IMG/VR virus record: IMGVR_UViG_3300046009_005595
Location: 62,001-126,000 of that record
Origin: an uncultured virus (IMG/VR IMGVR_UViG_3300046009_005595)
Taxonomy: Duplodnaviria; Heunggongvirae; Uroviricota; Caudoviricetes
Direction: 5' to 3' (one strand)
DNA length: 64,000 nucleotides
Shown: positions 9,833 to 20,086 of the stretch, one piece after another
How the letters are laid out: each line of letters starts with the position of its first letter
Position numbering within the stretch: position 1 is the stretch's first letter
Notes under the pieces: generated by a model
Seen by the model: only the letters and a program-made list of their open reading frames with translations
Database searches by the model: none
Told to the model about the DNA's origin: nothing
Translations under genes and position numbers: made by a program

Positions 9833-11523
9833 TGATAGTAGAATCATCCTACAGATCTAATCCCTTATTAAAGCGTGAAGGGGTTAATATAGAATTCACA
9901 GAAGATCAAGTACAAGAATATATAAAATGCGCTAATGATCCTATCTATTTTATTAAAAATTATGTAAAAGTAGTTCATGTTGATTATGGCGTTGTTCCAT
10001 TCAATATGTATGATTATCAAGAGGAGATGGTTACTAATTTCCATGAAAATAGATTCAATATTGTTAAATGTCCAAGACAGGTTGGAAAAACAGTAACTTC
10101 TGTTTCTTATATTCTTTGGTTATCTTTATTCAATTCTGATCAAAATATTGCTATTCTTGCAAATAAAGGAGATCTTGCTAGAGAGATTCTTGATAGATAT
10201 CAACTTGCATATGAAAACCTTCCATTATGGCTACAGCAAGGTGTTAAGGTTTGGAATAAGGGTAACATTGAATTAGAAAATGGTTCTAAAGTATTAGCAT
10301 CTGCAACATCTTCAAATGCTATTCGTGGTGGATCTTTTACCCTAGTATTCTTAGATGAGTTTGCTTTCGTTCCACCAAATATCGCAGAAAAATTCTTCAC
10401 TTCTGTTTATCCAGTAATTTCTTCTGGTAAAACTACAAAAATGATTATTGTATCCACACCAAACGGAATGAATTTATTCTATAAGATGTGGACAGATGCT
10501 CTTGGAAAAAGAAATGATTATAAAACATTCAGTATCCATTGGTCAATGGTTCCTGGAAGAGATGAAAAGTTTAAAGAAGATACAATAAAAAATACAAGTC
10601 TTAGACAATGGCAGCAGGAATTTGAAACAGAATTCTTGGGGTCTACTAACACACTGATTTCAGGAGAGAAATTAGCAACTATATCTTATAAAGATGAAAT
10701 TAATGACTTCTCTGGAATGAAGATATATGAAGAACCTATAAAAGAATTTTTCGATGAAGAAGGAAATCAAGTAACTAGAACTCATATGTATGCAATGACT
10801 GTCGATGTTTCTGAAGGTAGAAACTTAGACTATTCAGCATTTTCAGTATTCGATGTTTCGACAATGCCGTATAAACAAGTGGCTAGATTCAGAGATAATA
10901 CAATATCTCCATTATTATATCCTAATATACTACAAATGTGTGCTGTATACTATAATAATGCATATGTTTTGATTGAAATAAATAATAATCCGCAAGTTGC
11001 TGAAATATTACAAAATGATCTTGAATATGAAAATGTTATGAGAGTTGTTTCTGGAAATAAAAAAGCTCAAACATTATCATCTGGATTTGGAAATGGTATG
11101 GCGTTAGGATTAAAAATGTCTCCATTAGTAAAAAGAATGGGGTGTTCTACTTTAAAAACTCTAATTGAAATGGATAAGTTAATCATAAATGATTTTGAAA
11201 CTTATTCAGAATTAACTACTTTTGTTTCAAATTCTAATTCATATGAAGCAGAAGAAGGATGTAATGACGATTTAGCTATGACTTTAGTTATTTTTGGATG
11301 GTTATCTACTCAAAAATATTTTAAAGAGATTGTAGATCATGATATTAGAAAACAATTACAATTAGAAAAATTTAACATATCTGACGATGATGATATTCTT
11401 CCTATCATTGATAAATGGAGTGGATTAGAAGTTCCATTTTTTGTTTCAGAAGATACTGTATGGATAGAAACTAAAGATAAAGATCCTTATGAAAAATTAT
11501 TTAAAGAACTTTTAGATTTTTAA
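9832..11523 (+). CDS. gp17: Terminase large subunit
   Basis: Walker A PRQVGKT, Walker B VFLDEFAF, STPNG coupling motif, nuclease VDVSEG and NDDLAM. Confidence 0.97.
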   Translation: MIVESSYRSNPLLKREGVNIEFTEDQVQEYIKCANDPIYFIKNYVKVVHVDYGVVPFNMYDYQEEMVTNFHENRFNIVKCPRQVGKTVTSVSYILWLSLFNSDQNIAILANKGDLAREILDRYQLAYENLPLWLQQGVKVWNKGNIELENGSKVLASATSSNAIRGGSFTLVFLDEFAFVPPNIAEKFFTSVYPVISSGKTTKMIIVSTPNGMNLFYKMWTDALGKRNDYKTFSIHWSMVPGRDEKFKEDTIKNTSLRQWQQEFETEFLGSTNTLISGEKLATISYKDEINDFSGMKIYEEPIKEFFDEEGNQVTRTHMYAMTVDVSEGRNLDYSAFSVFDVSTMPYKQVARFRDNTISPLLYPNILQMCAVYYNNAYVLIEINNNPQVAEILQNDLEYENVMRVVSGNKKAQTLSSGFGNGMALGLKMSPLVKRMGCSTLKTLIEMDKLIINDFETYSELTTFVSNSNSYEAEEGCNDDLAMTLVIFGWLSTQKYFKEIVDHDIRKQLQLEKFNISDDDDILPIIDKWSGLEVPFFVSEDTVWIETKDKDPYEKLFKELLDF

Positions 11524-11548
11524 ATATAGTTGTAAAAAAGTTATTTTT

Positions 11549-11556
11549 AATAAATA
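11549..11556 (+). promoter_or_regulatory. Late promoter variant AATAAATA upstream of gp18
   Basis: One mismatch to TATAAATA, intergenic, followed by AAGGAG RBS. Confidence 0.55.
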
Positions 11557-11592
11557 AGAGTATAAGAATTTTTTAATCAAGGAGATTATTTT

Positions 11593-13602
11593 ATGGCATT
11601 ATCATCACAAAATTCACCAGGAATAAATGTAAGAGAAATCGATTTAACAAATTACGTTTCAGTTGTTAGCGTTTCTACAGGTGGTTTTGTTGGACAATTC
11701 AATTGGGGTCCAGCAGATTTTCCTGTTATGGTTGCAACTAAAGAAAATTTAAAAACAAGATTTTTACCACCAACAGATTCATCATTAAATGCATTTGTTG
11801 GTACTTGTTATATGTCTTGTTTGAACTTTTTATCATATGCTGGGGGAAGTCTTTGGGTAGTAAGAGGAATAGATATAGCATCAGCATTGAACTCATCTTC
11901 AGCTAATGTTTATTATACTAACGCAGGACAACTTACTCCTAGTCAAAATTTAGAAGCAAATACATTAGAACCAAAAGTTTATTTAGTGGTTGATGCAAAT
12001 GTAGCATCTAACTTAACAATTGGTTGGTATTTAACTGGAAATAACGTTAATACATTACAAATTACAGATGCTAACACAGAAAGTGGTCTTTTAACTCTGT
12101 CTGGAGAGATAACAGCAAATGTATCAACAACCGATAGATTAGAAATTGAAATTTTAAATTCAGCTAATACTACTTTAATTAAAAATGAAATTGATTATGA
12201 AACTGACTATTTACACAAAAATAATAATAATGAATTTGGGCCTTTCGTAGCTAGATATGCTGGTGTTTCTGGAGATTCTTTAACAGTTTCTGTTTGTACT
12301 TCTTCTAATAATTTTTCAACTTGGAATTATAAAAATTATTTCAAAAGTCCTCCAAAAACTTCTGAATCTGCATCACTTAAGGGATCTGCAAATGACGAAA
12401 TGCATATAGTAGTAGTAGACACTAATGGTATTTTCTCAGGACAAAAAGGACAAGTATTAGAAAAATTTGAACTGGTATCAAAAGCATTTGATGCTATTGA
12501 TGCATCTGGAAGAATCAGTTACTATAAACAAGCTGTATTTGAAAGATCTAATTATATATATGCAATGGACCCAGTTGATTATGCTAATACTTCAGATACT
12601 TGGGATAGATCAGTTAGAGAAGGTATAGAATTTGATCAAACCCCTAATATGTACTTTAAATTAGATAATGGATCTAACGGAAATGATTTAGACTCTTCTG
12701 ATCTAATTAGAGGTTGGGATGAATTTAAAAATAAAGATGCATTTGAAGTTAATTTATGTATAACTGGAGCTTCTTCAATAGATGTTAGTCAATACTTAAT
12801 TGATAATATTATTGAAGGTCAGAATTATCCTATAACTGGAAGAAAAGATGCAATGGTCTTTATTTCCCCAAGATATGAAGATGTTGTTTCAGCCAAAGGA
12901 TCTGAATTAACTAATATTTTAGGAGTAGGTGGATTTTTAGATACATTAGATAGACAAAGTTCTTATGCTGTTGTTGATAGTGGGTGGAAATATCAATTAG
13001 ACCCATACAACAACATATATCGTTGGGTTCCTTTAAATGCTGACATTGCAGGACTTTGTGCTCAAACAGACTTAACTCATGACACTTGGGTTTCTCCTGC
13101 AGGAATGAAAAAAGGACTTATTAAAAATATTCTTAAATTAGCATGGAATCCATTAAGAAATGAAAGAGATTCGTTATACATGAACGGAGTTAATCCGGTT
13201 GTATCTTTTACAGGAACAGGTCCAATGTTATTCGGTGATAAAACTCTATTAAGTACTCCATCTGCATTTGACAGAATAAATGTTCGTAGATTGTTTATTA
13301 CTCTTGAAAAGAGTATTTCTATGGCTGCATTAAATTCTCTATTTGAAATGAATGATCAATTTACAAGATCACAATTTGTTGCTATGGTTGAACCTTATTT
13401 AAGAGCAGTTAAAGCTAAAAATGGAATATATGATTATTTGGTTGTTTGTGATTCAACAAATAATACTCCACAAGTTATAGATTCTAATGGGTTTGTTGGT
13501 GACATTTATATTAAACCTACAAAGAGCATTAATTTTATTCAGTTGAACTTTGTTGCTGTTAAGAGTGGTGTTGAATTTAGCACCGTTGTAGGTAAATTCT
13601 AA
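11593..13602 (+). CDS. gp18: Contractile tail sheath protein
   Basis: SPGINVREIDLT, FNWGP, FGDKT, SAFDRINVRRLF, IYIKPTKSINFIQLNFVA. Confidence 0.97.
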   Translation: MALSSQNSPGINVREIDLTNYVSVVSVSTGGFVGQFNWGPADFPVMVATKENLKTRFLPPTDSSLNAFVGTCYMSCLNFLSYAGGSLWVVRGIDIASALNSSSANVYYTNAGQLTPSQNLEANTLEPKVYLVVDANVASNLTIGWYLTGNNVNTLQITDANTESGLLTLSGEITANVSTTDRLEIEILNSANTTLIKNEIDYETDYLHKNNNNEFGPFVARYAGVSGDSLTVSVCTSSNNFSTWNYKNYFKSPPKTSESASLKGSANDEMHIVVVDTNGIFSGQKGQVLEKFELVSKAFDAIDASGRISYYKQAVFERSNYIYAMDPVDYANTSDTWDRSVREGIEFDQTPNMYFKLDNGSNGNDLDSSDLIRGWDEFKNKDAFEVNLCITGASSIDVSQYLIDNIIEGQNYPITGRKDAMVFISPRYEDVVSAKGSELTNILGVGGFLDTLDRQSSYAVVDSGWKYQLDPYNNIYRWVPLNADIAGLCAQTDLTHDTWVSPAGMKKGLIKNILKLAWNPLRNERDSLYMNGVNPVVSFTGTGPMLFGDKTLLSTPSAFDRINVRRLFITLEKSISMAALNSLFEMNDQFTRSQFVAMVEPYLRAVKAKNGIYDYLVVCDSTNNTPQVIDSNGFVGDIYIKPTKSINFIQLNFVAVKSGVEFSTVVGKF

Positions 13603-13614
13603 AATAAACCTAAA

Positions 13615-13642
13615 TGAATGGGCTAGAGTTCTAGCCCATTCA
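13615..13642. other. Perfect 12-bp hairpin between gp18 and gp19 (terminator or mRNA-stability stem)
   Basis: TGAATGGGCTAG-AGTT-CTAGCCCATTCA; no clear U-tract on +. Followed by CATAAATA (13653-13660), a late promoter variant. Confidence 0.6.
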
Positions 13643-13694
13643 AAATAAATAACATAAATATTAATACCAATACCTTATACGGAGAATAAGAAAA

Positions 13695-14228
13695 ATGGCA
13701 TTCTCAATTACAAATTTTATAACAAATATGCCTGTAGATGGGGCAAGACCTAATCTATTTGAAATTATATTTCCTGCAATAAATGGTTCAGGAAAATTTA
13801 CATATAGAGCAAAAGCAACATCAATTCCAGGTTCAAGTATTGGAGTAGCTCCAGTATTTTACTTTGGAAGACAGATTAAATTTGCTGGCGATAGATCATT
13901 TGATCCTTGGACTGTATCTATACTTTCTGATGAAGATGACTATACATCTGGTCCTAGATCTGCTTTAGAAACTTGGATGGCTAGTTTAAAAACACATGAA
14001 TCAAATTTAAGAACTACTGGTTATGTGCAACCAGATATTTACATGAAAGATGCTGAAGTCATTCATTATGGAAAAGCAGGAACTGTAATAGCTACATATA
14101 AAATGATACAAGCATTTCCTATTGATATTTCTCCAGTTACTTTAGATTGGGGAAATAATGACACTATTGAAGAATTTAGTGCTACATTTGCATATCAATA
14201 TTGGACAAATGACGTAGTTAATAATTAA
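13695..14228 (+). CDS. gp19: Tail tube protein
   Basis: GARPNLFE, YFGRQIKFAGDRSFDPW, AFPIDISPVTLDW, EEFSATFAYQYW. Confidence 0.95.
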   Translation: MAFSITNFITNMPVDGARPNLFEIIFPAINGSGKFTYRAKATSIPGSSIGVAPVFYFGRQIKFAGDRSFDPWTVSILSDEDDYTSGPRSALETWMASLKTHESNLRTTGYVQPDIYMKDAEVIHYGKAGTVIATYKMIQAFPIDISPVTLDWGNNDTIEEFSATFAYQYWTNDVVNN

Positions 14229-14259
14229 ATAAAAATATATAGTATGATTGGAGACAATA

Positions 14260-15915
14260 ATGGCAGATAAAAGCAGATTTAGTTTATTTGGCTTCAAAAT
14301 TGGAAAAAAGGAAGAAGATAAAGTACAAGTAGAGCAATCGTTTGCTCCACCAACAAACGATGATGGTTCTCTTACTATATCTTCTTCTGCATTTTTCGGA
14401 ACAGCCATCGATGTTGATGGCTCTGCTAAAAATGAAGTTGAATTAATAATTAGATATCGTGAGATGAGCCTTCAACCTGAAGTTGATAGTGCTATTGAAG
14501 ATGTTGTTAATGAAGCAATAGTTCAAGACGATGATGGTTTAATTACAAAAATAGTTTTGGACGATTTAAAACAATCTGATAAAATTAAAAAAGCCATAGA
14601 GGATGAATTCCATAATATCTTGAGACTTTTAAATTATAATAACATGGCTTCTGATATATTTAGAAGATTTTATGTTGATGGGAGATTGAATTATCATATT
14701 CTTATAGATATTAATAATCCTCAAAAAGGAATTCAAGAATTAAGATATATTGATCCTAGAAAGATCAAAAAAGTAAGAGAAATAAAGAAAAAGAAAGATG
14801 AGGTAACTGGAGTAGAAGTTATAGTAGGTGTTAATGAGTTTTTCTTATATAATGATAAATTATCTGAAAAAACATCATCTTCTACATATGGTCCTATAGG
14901 AATTAAAATAGCTCCAGATTCTATTATTAGTATAAATTCAGGATTGATGGATACTAGAAGATCTATGGTTCTTAGTTATGTTCATAAAGCTATTAAGCCT
15001 TTGAACCAATTAAGAATGATGGAAGATGCTTCTGTAATTTATAAAATATCTAGAGCACCACAAAGAAGAATTTTTTATGTTGATGTAGGGAATCTTCCTA
15101 AGATAAAGGCTGAACAGTATATTCGTGACATTATGACCAAATATAAAAATAAATTGGTTTATGATGCAAGTACTGGTGAAGTTAGAGATGATAGAAAGCA
15201 TTTATCTATGCTTGAAGATTTTTGGATGCCTAGAAGAGAAGGTGGAAAAGGAACAGAAATACAAACATTAGAATCTTCAGATTCTTTTAATGATATGTCT
15301 ATGGTTGAATATTTTGAAAAGAAGTTATACAAAGCATTGAATGTCCCTGTTACTAGATTAGATCCACAACAAGCATTTAGTATTGGAAGAACTTCTGAAA
15401 TAACAAGAGATGAATTAAAATTTGCTAAATTTATAGATAAATTAAGAAATAAATTTTCTGAACTATTTGATCAGGCATTAAGAGTTCAATTAGTATTAAA
15501 AGGAATTTGTACTGAAGAAGAATGGAATGAATTTAAAGAACATGTATTTTTTGATTTTATAAAGGATAATAACTTTGCAGAATTAAAAGAAGCAGAAATA
15601 ATGCAAGAAAGAATGGGGTTATTGCAAATTATTGATCCTTATGTAGGTAAATATTATTCTAAGAATTGGGTTCAAAGACATATTCTAAGACTTAATGATG
15701 AAGATATTGAAAAGATGGAACAAGAAATCTCTGAAGAATTAGAAATAGAAATGCAAAAACAACAATTAGCTATGGGCGAACAAGGAGATCAGATAGATCA
15801 GGAACAACAACAACAACAACAAAATGAACCTGAAACTGGCGATGGTTCTGGAATATCTGGAGCAGAACCTAAACAAGCCTTAGTAAATCCATATAATCCA
15901 TACCAACAAAGATAA
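14260..15915 (+). CDS. gp20: Portal protein
   Basis: YREMSLQPEVDSAIEDVVNE, RAPQRRIFYVDVGNLPK, EDFWMPRREGGKGTEI, ITRDELKF; ATG at 14260 after GGAG. Confidence 0.97.
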   Translation: MADKSRFSLFGFKIGKKEEDKVQVEQSFAPPTNDDGSLTISSSAFFGTAIDVDGSAKNEVELIIRYREMSLQPEVDSAIEDVVNEAIVQDDDGLITKIVLDDLKQSDKIKKAIEDEFHNILRLLNYNNMASDIFRRFYVDGRLNYHILIDINNPQKGIQELRYIDPRKIKKVREIKKKKDEVTGVEVIVGVNEFFLYNDKLSEKTSSSTYGPIGIKIAPDSIISINSGLMDTRRSMVLSYVHKAIKPLNQLRMMEDASVIYKISRAPQRRIFYVDVGNLPKIKAEQYIRDIMTKYKNKLVYDASTGEVRDDRKHLSMLEDFWMPRREGGKGTEIQTLESSDSFNDMSMVEYFEKKLYKALNVPVTRLDPQQAFSIGRTSEITRDELKFAKFIDKLRNKFSELFDQALRVQLVLKGICTEEEWNEFKEHVFFDFIKDNNFAELKEAEIMQERMGLLQIIDPYVGKYYSKNWVQRHILRLNDEDIEKMEQEISEELEIEMQKQQLAMGEQGDQIDQEQQQQQQNEPETGDGSGISGAEPKQALVNPYNPYQQR

Positions 15916-15929
15916 TTTAAGAGGAACTC

Positions 15930-16661
15930 ATGAAAGAAAAGTTAACATCAGCAATTAATTTTGCTTTACAAAATAAAATTTCAGAAATGTCTTGTGATAT
16001 TTCTGATGTTATGAAAAATAAAATTAAAGATAAAATAGCCGAAAAGAAGAAAAAAGTTGCTGAAGACTTCATGGGAGAATCTGAAGCACATGAAGTAAAA
16101 CTTGTTGAATCTAGATATAATAGAGATGTAGATTTTGATGATGAAGGTTGGGGTGTAGAAAATCCAAGATTGCGTAAACCTAAGTATGGACAAAATAACC
16201 CATATGAAGCTCCACCAATGCCAAAAATATATCATAATGTACCTTTTAAACAAAAAGAAGAAGCCAAAGCTGAAGGTATGAAATTTGATGGGACTAAAAA
16301 GAAATGGTATCACACAAATCCAGAATCTTCAAAGAATTCTAAATTTTCAAAATTAGAAGAATCTTTATCCGAAATGAAAATGACTTCTTCAGAAAAATCA
16401 AAAGAAAAGAAGTTAAAACTTAAATACGATTCTTCTGATATGAAACAGAAGATGATTGACCAATATGGTCCTGAAAAAGGAAAATCTATCTATTTTGCTA
16501 CTATAAGAAAGAAAGCAATGAAAGAAGATGAAGAGATTAATGAGGCTCTTTCTATAATGACATTAAAAAAGCATTATTATCAACTACCATCTGGAGAATT
16601 TAAAAAACAATATGGTCATCCAAAACATGTTATTGCTCGTATATTTGGTTGGAGTCAATAA
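15930..16661 (+). CDS. gp67-like prohead core protein with fused extra modules (one DUF5710-like)
   Basis: Occupies the gp67 position after the portal; N-terminal ~55 aa resembles gp67-like helical proteins; internal YHNVPFKQKEEAKAEGMKFDGTKKKWY. Confidence 0.5.
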   Translation: MKEKLTSAINFALQNKISEMSCDISDVMKNKIKDKIAEKKKKVAEDFMGESEAHEVKLVESRYNRDVDFDDEGWGVENPRLRKPKYGQNNPYEAPPMPKIYHNVPFKQKEEAKAEGMKFDGTKKKWYHTNPESSKNSKFSKLEESLSEMKMTSSEKSKEKKLKLKYDSSDMKQKMIDQYGPEKGKSIYFATIRKKAMKEDEEINEALSIMTLKKHYYQLPSGEFKKQYGHPKHVIARIFGWSQ

Positions 16662-17038
16662 TGAAATCTAGAGTGAGAGATTTTCCAGGTACTTTAATTC
16701 TTCAAAGAAAATCCATTTCGCAATTTTCAAATGGACCTAAAGTTGCTTTATATTATGCAGATAAACTTAAAAAATATTTCACAGTAACATTGGATGATAA
16801 ACAACAACTACAATCAGAAGATTTTCTAAGTATGTTGGAGAATTTTGATGAAGATGTTACTGAAATATCATTTAACGATGATACTAAATTAAATATCAAT
16901 AAAGAATGTTCTAATTTAGTATTAGAATATTTAAATAACATAAATATTGAAGAAAAAGAAATACTAGAACAGTATATTTTAGAAAGTTCAGATAATTTTC
17001 TTGAAGTTTTAGAGATTGCTGTTAATAATAAGGAATAA
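16661..17038 (+). CDS. Hypothetical protein, head module
   Basis: ATG overlaps the upstream stop (TAATG) with GGAG upstream; no recognised function. Confidence 0.6.
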   Translation: MKSRVRDFPGTLILQRKSISQFSNGPKVALYYADKLKKYFTVTLDDKQQLQSEDFLSMLENFDEDVTEISFNDDTKLNINKECSNLVLEYLNNINIEEKEILEQYILESSDNFLEVLEIAVNNKE

Positions 17039-17040
17039 AT

Positions 17041-17550
17041 ATGTCAACATATACATATCAAATAATAAAAGATTCTACAAAACAAACTGTTATTAAATTA
17101 ACAGGTGAATTTACAAATACCACTAATGAATCAAATGTTGCAAGAATTGCGGCTAATACTTTATATAGACCGTTAGATGCAAATAATAATTTATTAATTT
17201 CTGGAAATACAGCTAAACCTTATTATGGATTATCTGTATATAGAGTATGGTATGATGTTAGCATTCCTAATGGACATTTAACTTTAAGTTGGAGTGGTGA
17301 TAATACATATCCAATTATAACTATGAGTGGTCGAGGAGAATATAATTCAGCAGGTAATTGGCTTGCTATTAGCAATCCTATTTCTGGAGCTAATGTAAAT
17401 GGAAATATAGGGATAACTTCTTATAATGCAGCAGCTAATGCATCATATTCTATTATAATTGAACTCCATAAAGATAATAATTACTATGATTCTGGACAAT
17501 TAATTGAACCATCTGCATTCAACTATGGGAGATATGGAGTTACTCCATAA
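17041..17550 (+). CDS. Hypothetical beta-rich virion protein
   Basis: 169-aa Asn/Thr/Gly-rich ORF with AAGGA RBS, inside the head operon. Confidence 0.6.
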   Translation: MSTYTYQIIKDSTKQTVIKLTGEFTNTTNESNVARIAANTLYRPLDANNNLLISGNTAKPYYGLSVYRVWYDVSIPNGHLTLSWSGDNTYPIITMSGRGEYNSAGNWLAISNPISGANVNGNIGITSYNAAANASYSIIIELHKDNNYYDSGQLIEPSAFNYGRYGVTP

Positions 17551-17822
17551 TGGAAGATTGGGAATCAAAAGATCAACAGAATTTTATTATTAAACATTTG
17601 GCTATACAACCACAAGAAAAGCCAAATAAAAAGAAAAAATTAAAGGAATTTTATATGAATGATAATTTAAAAAACGCTATTGGGTATGCATCTGATAATA
17701 AGGTTAATGAAATGGGAGCAGAGATCGCAAAAACTCTGCACCAAAAAATTACTGCAGAACTTCAAGCATTAAAAGTAGATATTGCTAAAAACACTTATAA
17801 TTTTGAACTTCCAGAAGAATAA
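17550..17822 (+). CDS. Small prohead core-like protein (second gp67-like); alternative start 17655
   Basis: MNDNLKNAIGYASDNKVNEM...KITAELQALKVDIAK parallels the N-terminus of the 15930 ORF; AAGGA precedes the ATG at 17655. Confidence 0.45.
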   Translation: MEDWESKDQQNFIIKHLAIQPQEKPNKKKKLKEFYMNDNLKNAIGYASDNKVNEMGAEIAKTLHQKITAELQALKVDIAKNTYNFELPEE

Positions 17823-17854
17823 AAAGATTTTTATAAAAACTAAGGTAAAGTAAA

Positions 17855-18505
17855 ATGAAACTGTTAAGAGAAGATATAGAGGATTTTGAAATCCTAACAG
17901 AAGCTACTAAAACAGGACAACAATGTTATTATATTTGTGGTCCGTTTATGCAAGCTGAAACTGCAAATCGAAATGGAAGATTATATCCAATGCCTGTTAT
18001 GGAAAAAGCAGTCAAAAAGTATATAGAAGAATTAGTGAATAGAAATAGAGCAGTTGGAACTTTAGGGCATGAAGATTCCCCTAAAATTTCAGAAAATAAA
18101 ATTTCCCATTTAATTACAGAATTAAAATTTAATGGAAATGACGTTTTGGGCAAAGCTAAAGTACTAGATACCGCATCTGGAAAAGAGCTTCAAGCGTTAA
18201 TATCAGGAGGAGTTTCTTTTGGATGTTCTTCAAGAGCATTAGGATCTCTCAAGGAAGGAGAAAATGGTATTAAAATAGTTCAAGACGATTTTGTGATTTC
18301 CTGTGTGGATGCAGTATTATCTCCTAGCGGAATATCATGTTATGTTGAAGGTATATATGAAGATGTTGATTGGGTTTTTGTTGATGGTCAGGGATGGGTT
18401 CAACAATATAGAGAACAAGCAAGAGATATCATTAAGAAAACTTCACAAAAAGATATTGAGAAAGTGGCTCTGACCATTTTCGAAAATTATATCAAAAGAC
18501 TATAA
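17855..18505 (+). CDS. gp21: Prohead protease
   Basis: GPFMQAETANRNGRLYP, GTLGH, GCSSRALGSL, DAVLSPS motifs. Confidence 0.95.
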   Translation: MKLLREDIEDFEILTEATKTGQQCYYICGPFMQAETANRNGRLYPMPVMEKAVKKYIEELVNRNRAVGTLGHEDSPKISENKISHLITELKFNGNDVLGKAKVLDTASGKELQALISGGVSFGCSSRALGSLKEGENGIKIVQDDFVISCVDAVLSPSGISCYVEGIYEDVDWVFVDGQGWVQQYREQARDIIKKTSQKDIEKVALTIFENYIKRL

Positions 18506-18529
18506 AAATACATTTAAAAATTTGTTTTT

Positions 18530-18537
18530 TATAAATA
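18530..18537 (+). promoter_or_regulatory. Late promoter TATAAATA upstream of gp22
   Basis: Exact consensus, intergenic, followed by AGGAG. Confidence 0.8.
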
Positions 18538-18568
18538 ACTATATAAAAATATTAATTAGGAGAAAATA

Positions 18569-20056
18569 ATGTCAAAGTTAAATTTGTCTGAAGCTGCAAA
18601 AGAAATTCTTACCAAAAGCGTTAAGTCTGCTGGTGGGGAGTCTTTTGGTCTAGGAAAAAAATTATCTGCCGATGAGCAGGGTAGTGTTGAAGTAGGAAGT
18701 GGTCCTACCAAAACTAATGATGAAAATCCTTCTTATACTAAAGGCGTACCAACCGCTACACCTCCAGGAGCTAAACCTCCAGTTGGAGCAGAAGCAATGA
18801 AGAAATTAGCAACTCAACCAGGAGATAATGCTGGTCGTGCTGATTTGAAAAATGCTTCTGAAACTGATCAAGAAGATGAACAATCTGTAGATGCAATTGC
18901 AAATCGTGTTGCTGCTAAGAAAGCAAAAAGCACTATGACTGCTAATAAAGGGGCAGAATGTTGTGTAGAAGGTGAGGAAGAAGAAGAATACGAAGATGAA
19001 GATGAATTAGAAGAAGCTTCAGTAGAAGAAGTTATGGAAGATCTTGATGAACTTTCTGAAGAAGAATTTGAAGATAAGTATGGTCTTTCTAAAGAAGATG
19101 CTGCTACTCAGATTTCTGAAGAAGTAGAAGATCTTGATGAAGTTTCTAAGTCTACTTTAGGTTCTTATATTAAAAAGGCATCTTTAGACACTTTCGATAA
19201 GGCTAAACGTTCTGGTATGCATAGAGCGATGTATCATGGACAAGATCCAAATAGTCAAGAATCAAAATTTGCTACTAAAGCAGGAAAAAGAGTCCAAGGA
19301 ATTGAAAAAGCTACCAACAAGCTTATGAACAAAGAAGATTTAGATGCACTATTCTCTGGTGAATCTCTTTCTGAAGATTTCAAAGTTAAAGCATCTGCTA
19401 TTTTCGAAACTGCTGTTGAAGCAAGAGTAGAAGAAATCTCTTCTGAATTACAAGAATCTTATTTAAGAGAATTTGAAGAAGCTGTTGAATCTGTTAAGGA
19501 AGATTTTGCAGATAAATTAGATTCCTATCTAGACTACGTTGTAGAAAACTGGATGGAAGAAAACAAATTAGCAATCGAAAAAGGTTTAAGAACCGAAATT
19601 GCTGAAGATTTCATCAATGCTCTAAAAGGAGTTTTTGTTGAACATTATATTGATATTCCTGATGAGAAAGTTAATCTTGTGGATGAACTAGTTACTAAAG
19701 TTGATGAACTAGAAGAACAAGTTAATTCACAAATTGAGAAGAATATTTCTTTAAAGAAGAAAATATCAGAACACAAAAAGAATGAAGTAATTCATACAGT
19801 ATGTGAAGGTTTAACTCTTTCTCAAGTTGAGAAAATTAAATCTCTTGCTAAGAATGTAGAATTCACCACAGAGGAAGAATTCACCGAATCTTTAGAAACC
19901 CTAAAGGAAAGTTATTATCCAAGTAATATTCGTCCAGCTAGTTTAGAAGCTTTTGAAGAGCCAGTAAACTTATCTGAAGAAAGTGTTTCAACTAAGTATG
20001 TTGATCCTTTCATTGAGCAGGTAGCTAGATCTATTACAAAAACAATTTCAAAATAA
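18569..20056 (+). CDS. gp22: Prohead core scaffold protein with long N-terminal extension and an internal basic insert
   Basis: LSEDFKVKASAIFETAV, LDSYLDYVVENWMEENKLAIEKGLRTEIAEDF, FVEHYIDIPDEK; lies between gp21 and gp23. Confidence 0.93.
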   Translation: MSKLNLSEAAKEILTKSVKSAGGESFGLGKKLSADEQGSVEVGSGPTKTNDENPSYTKGVPTATPPGAKPPVGAEAMKKLATQPGDNAGRADLKNASETDQEDEQSVDAIANRVAAKKAKSTMTANKGAECCVEGEEEEEYEDEDELEEASVEEVMEDLDELSEEEFEDKYGLSKEDAATQISEEVEDLDEVSKSTLGSYIKKASLDTFDKAKRSGMHRAMYHGQDPNSQESKFATKAGKRVQGIEKATNKLMNKEDLDALFSGESLSEDFKVKASAIFETAVEARVEEISSELQESYLREFEEAVESVKEDFADKLDSYLDYVVENWMEENKLAIEKGLRTEIAEDFINALKGVFVEHYIDIPDEKVNLVDELVTKVDELEEQVNSQIEKNISLKKKISEHKKNEVIHTVCEGLTLSQVEKIKSLAKNVEFTTEEEFTESLETLKESYYPSNIRPASLEAFEEPVNLSEESVSTKYVDPFIEQVARSITKTISK

Positions 20057-20086
20057 AATAATATTAAAATCAAGGAGAATCCTAAA

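Noticed and set aside
15805..15822. (CAA)6 microsatellite in the portal gene as a phase-variation tract
   Set aside because: In-frame triplet repeat encoding poly-Gln in a disordered C-terminal tail; length change would not switch expression.
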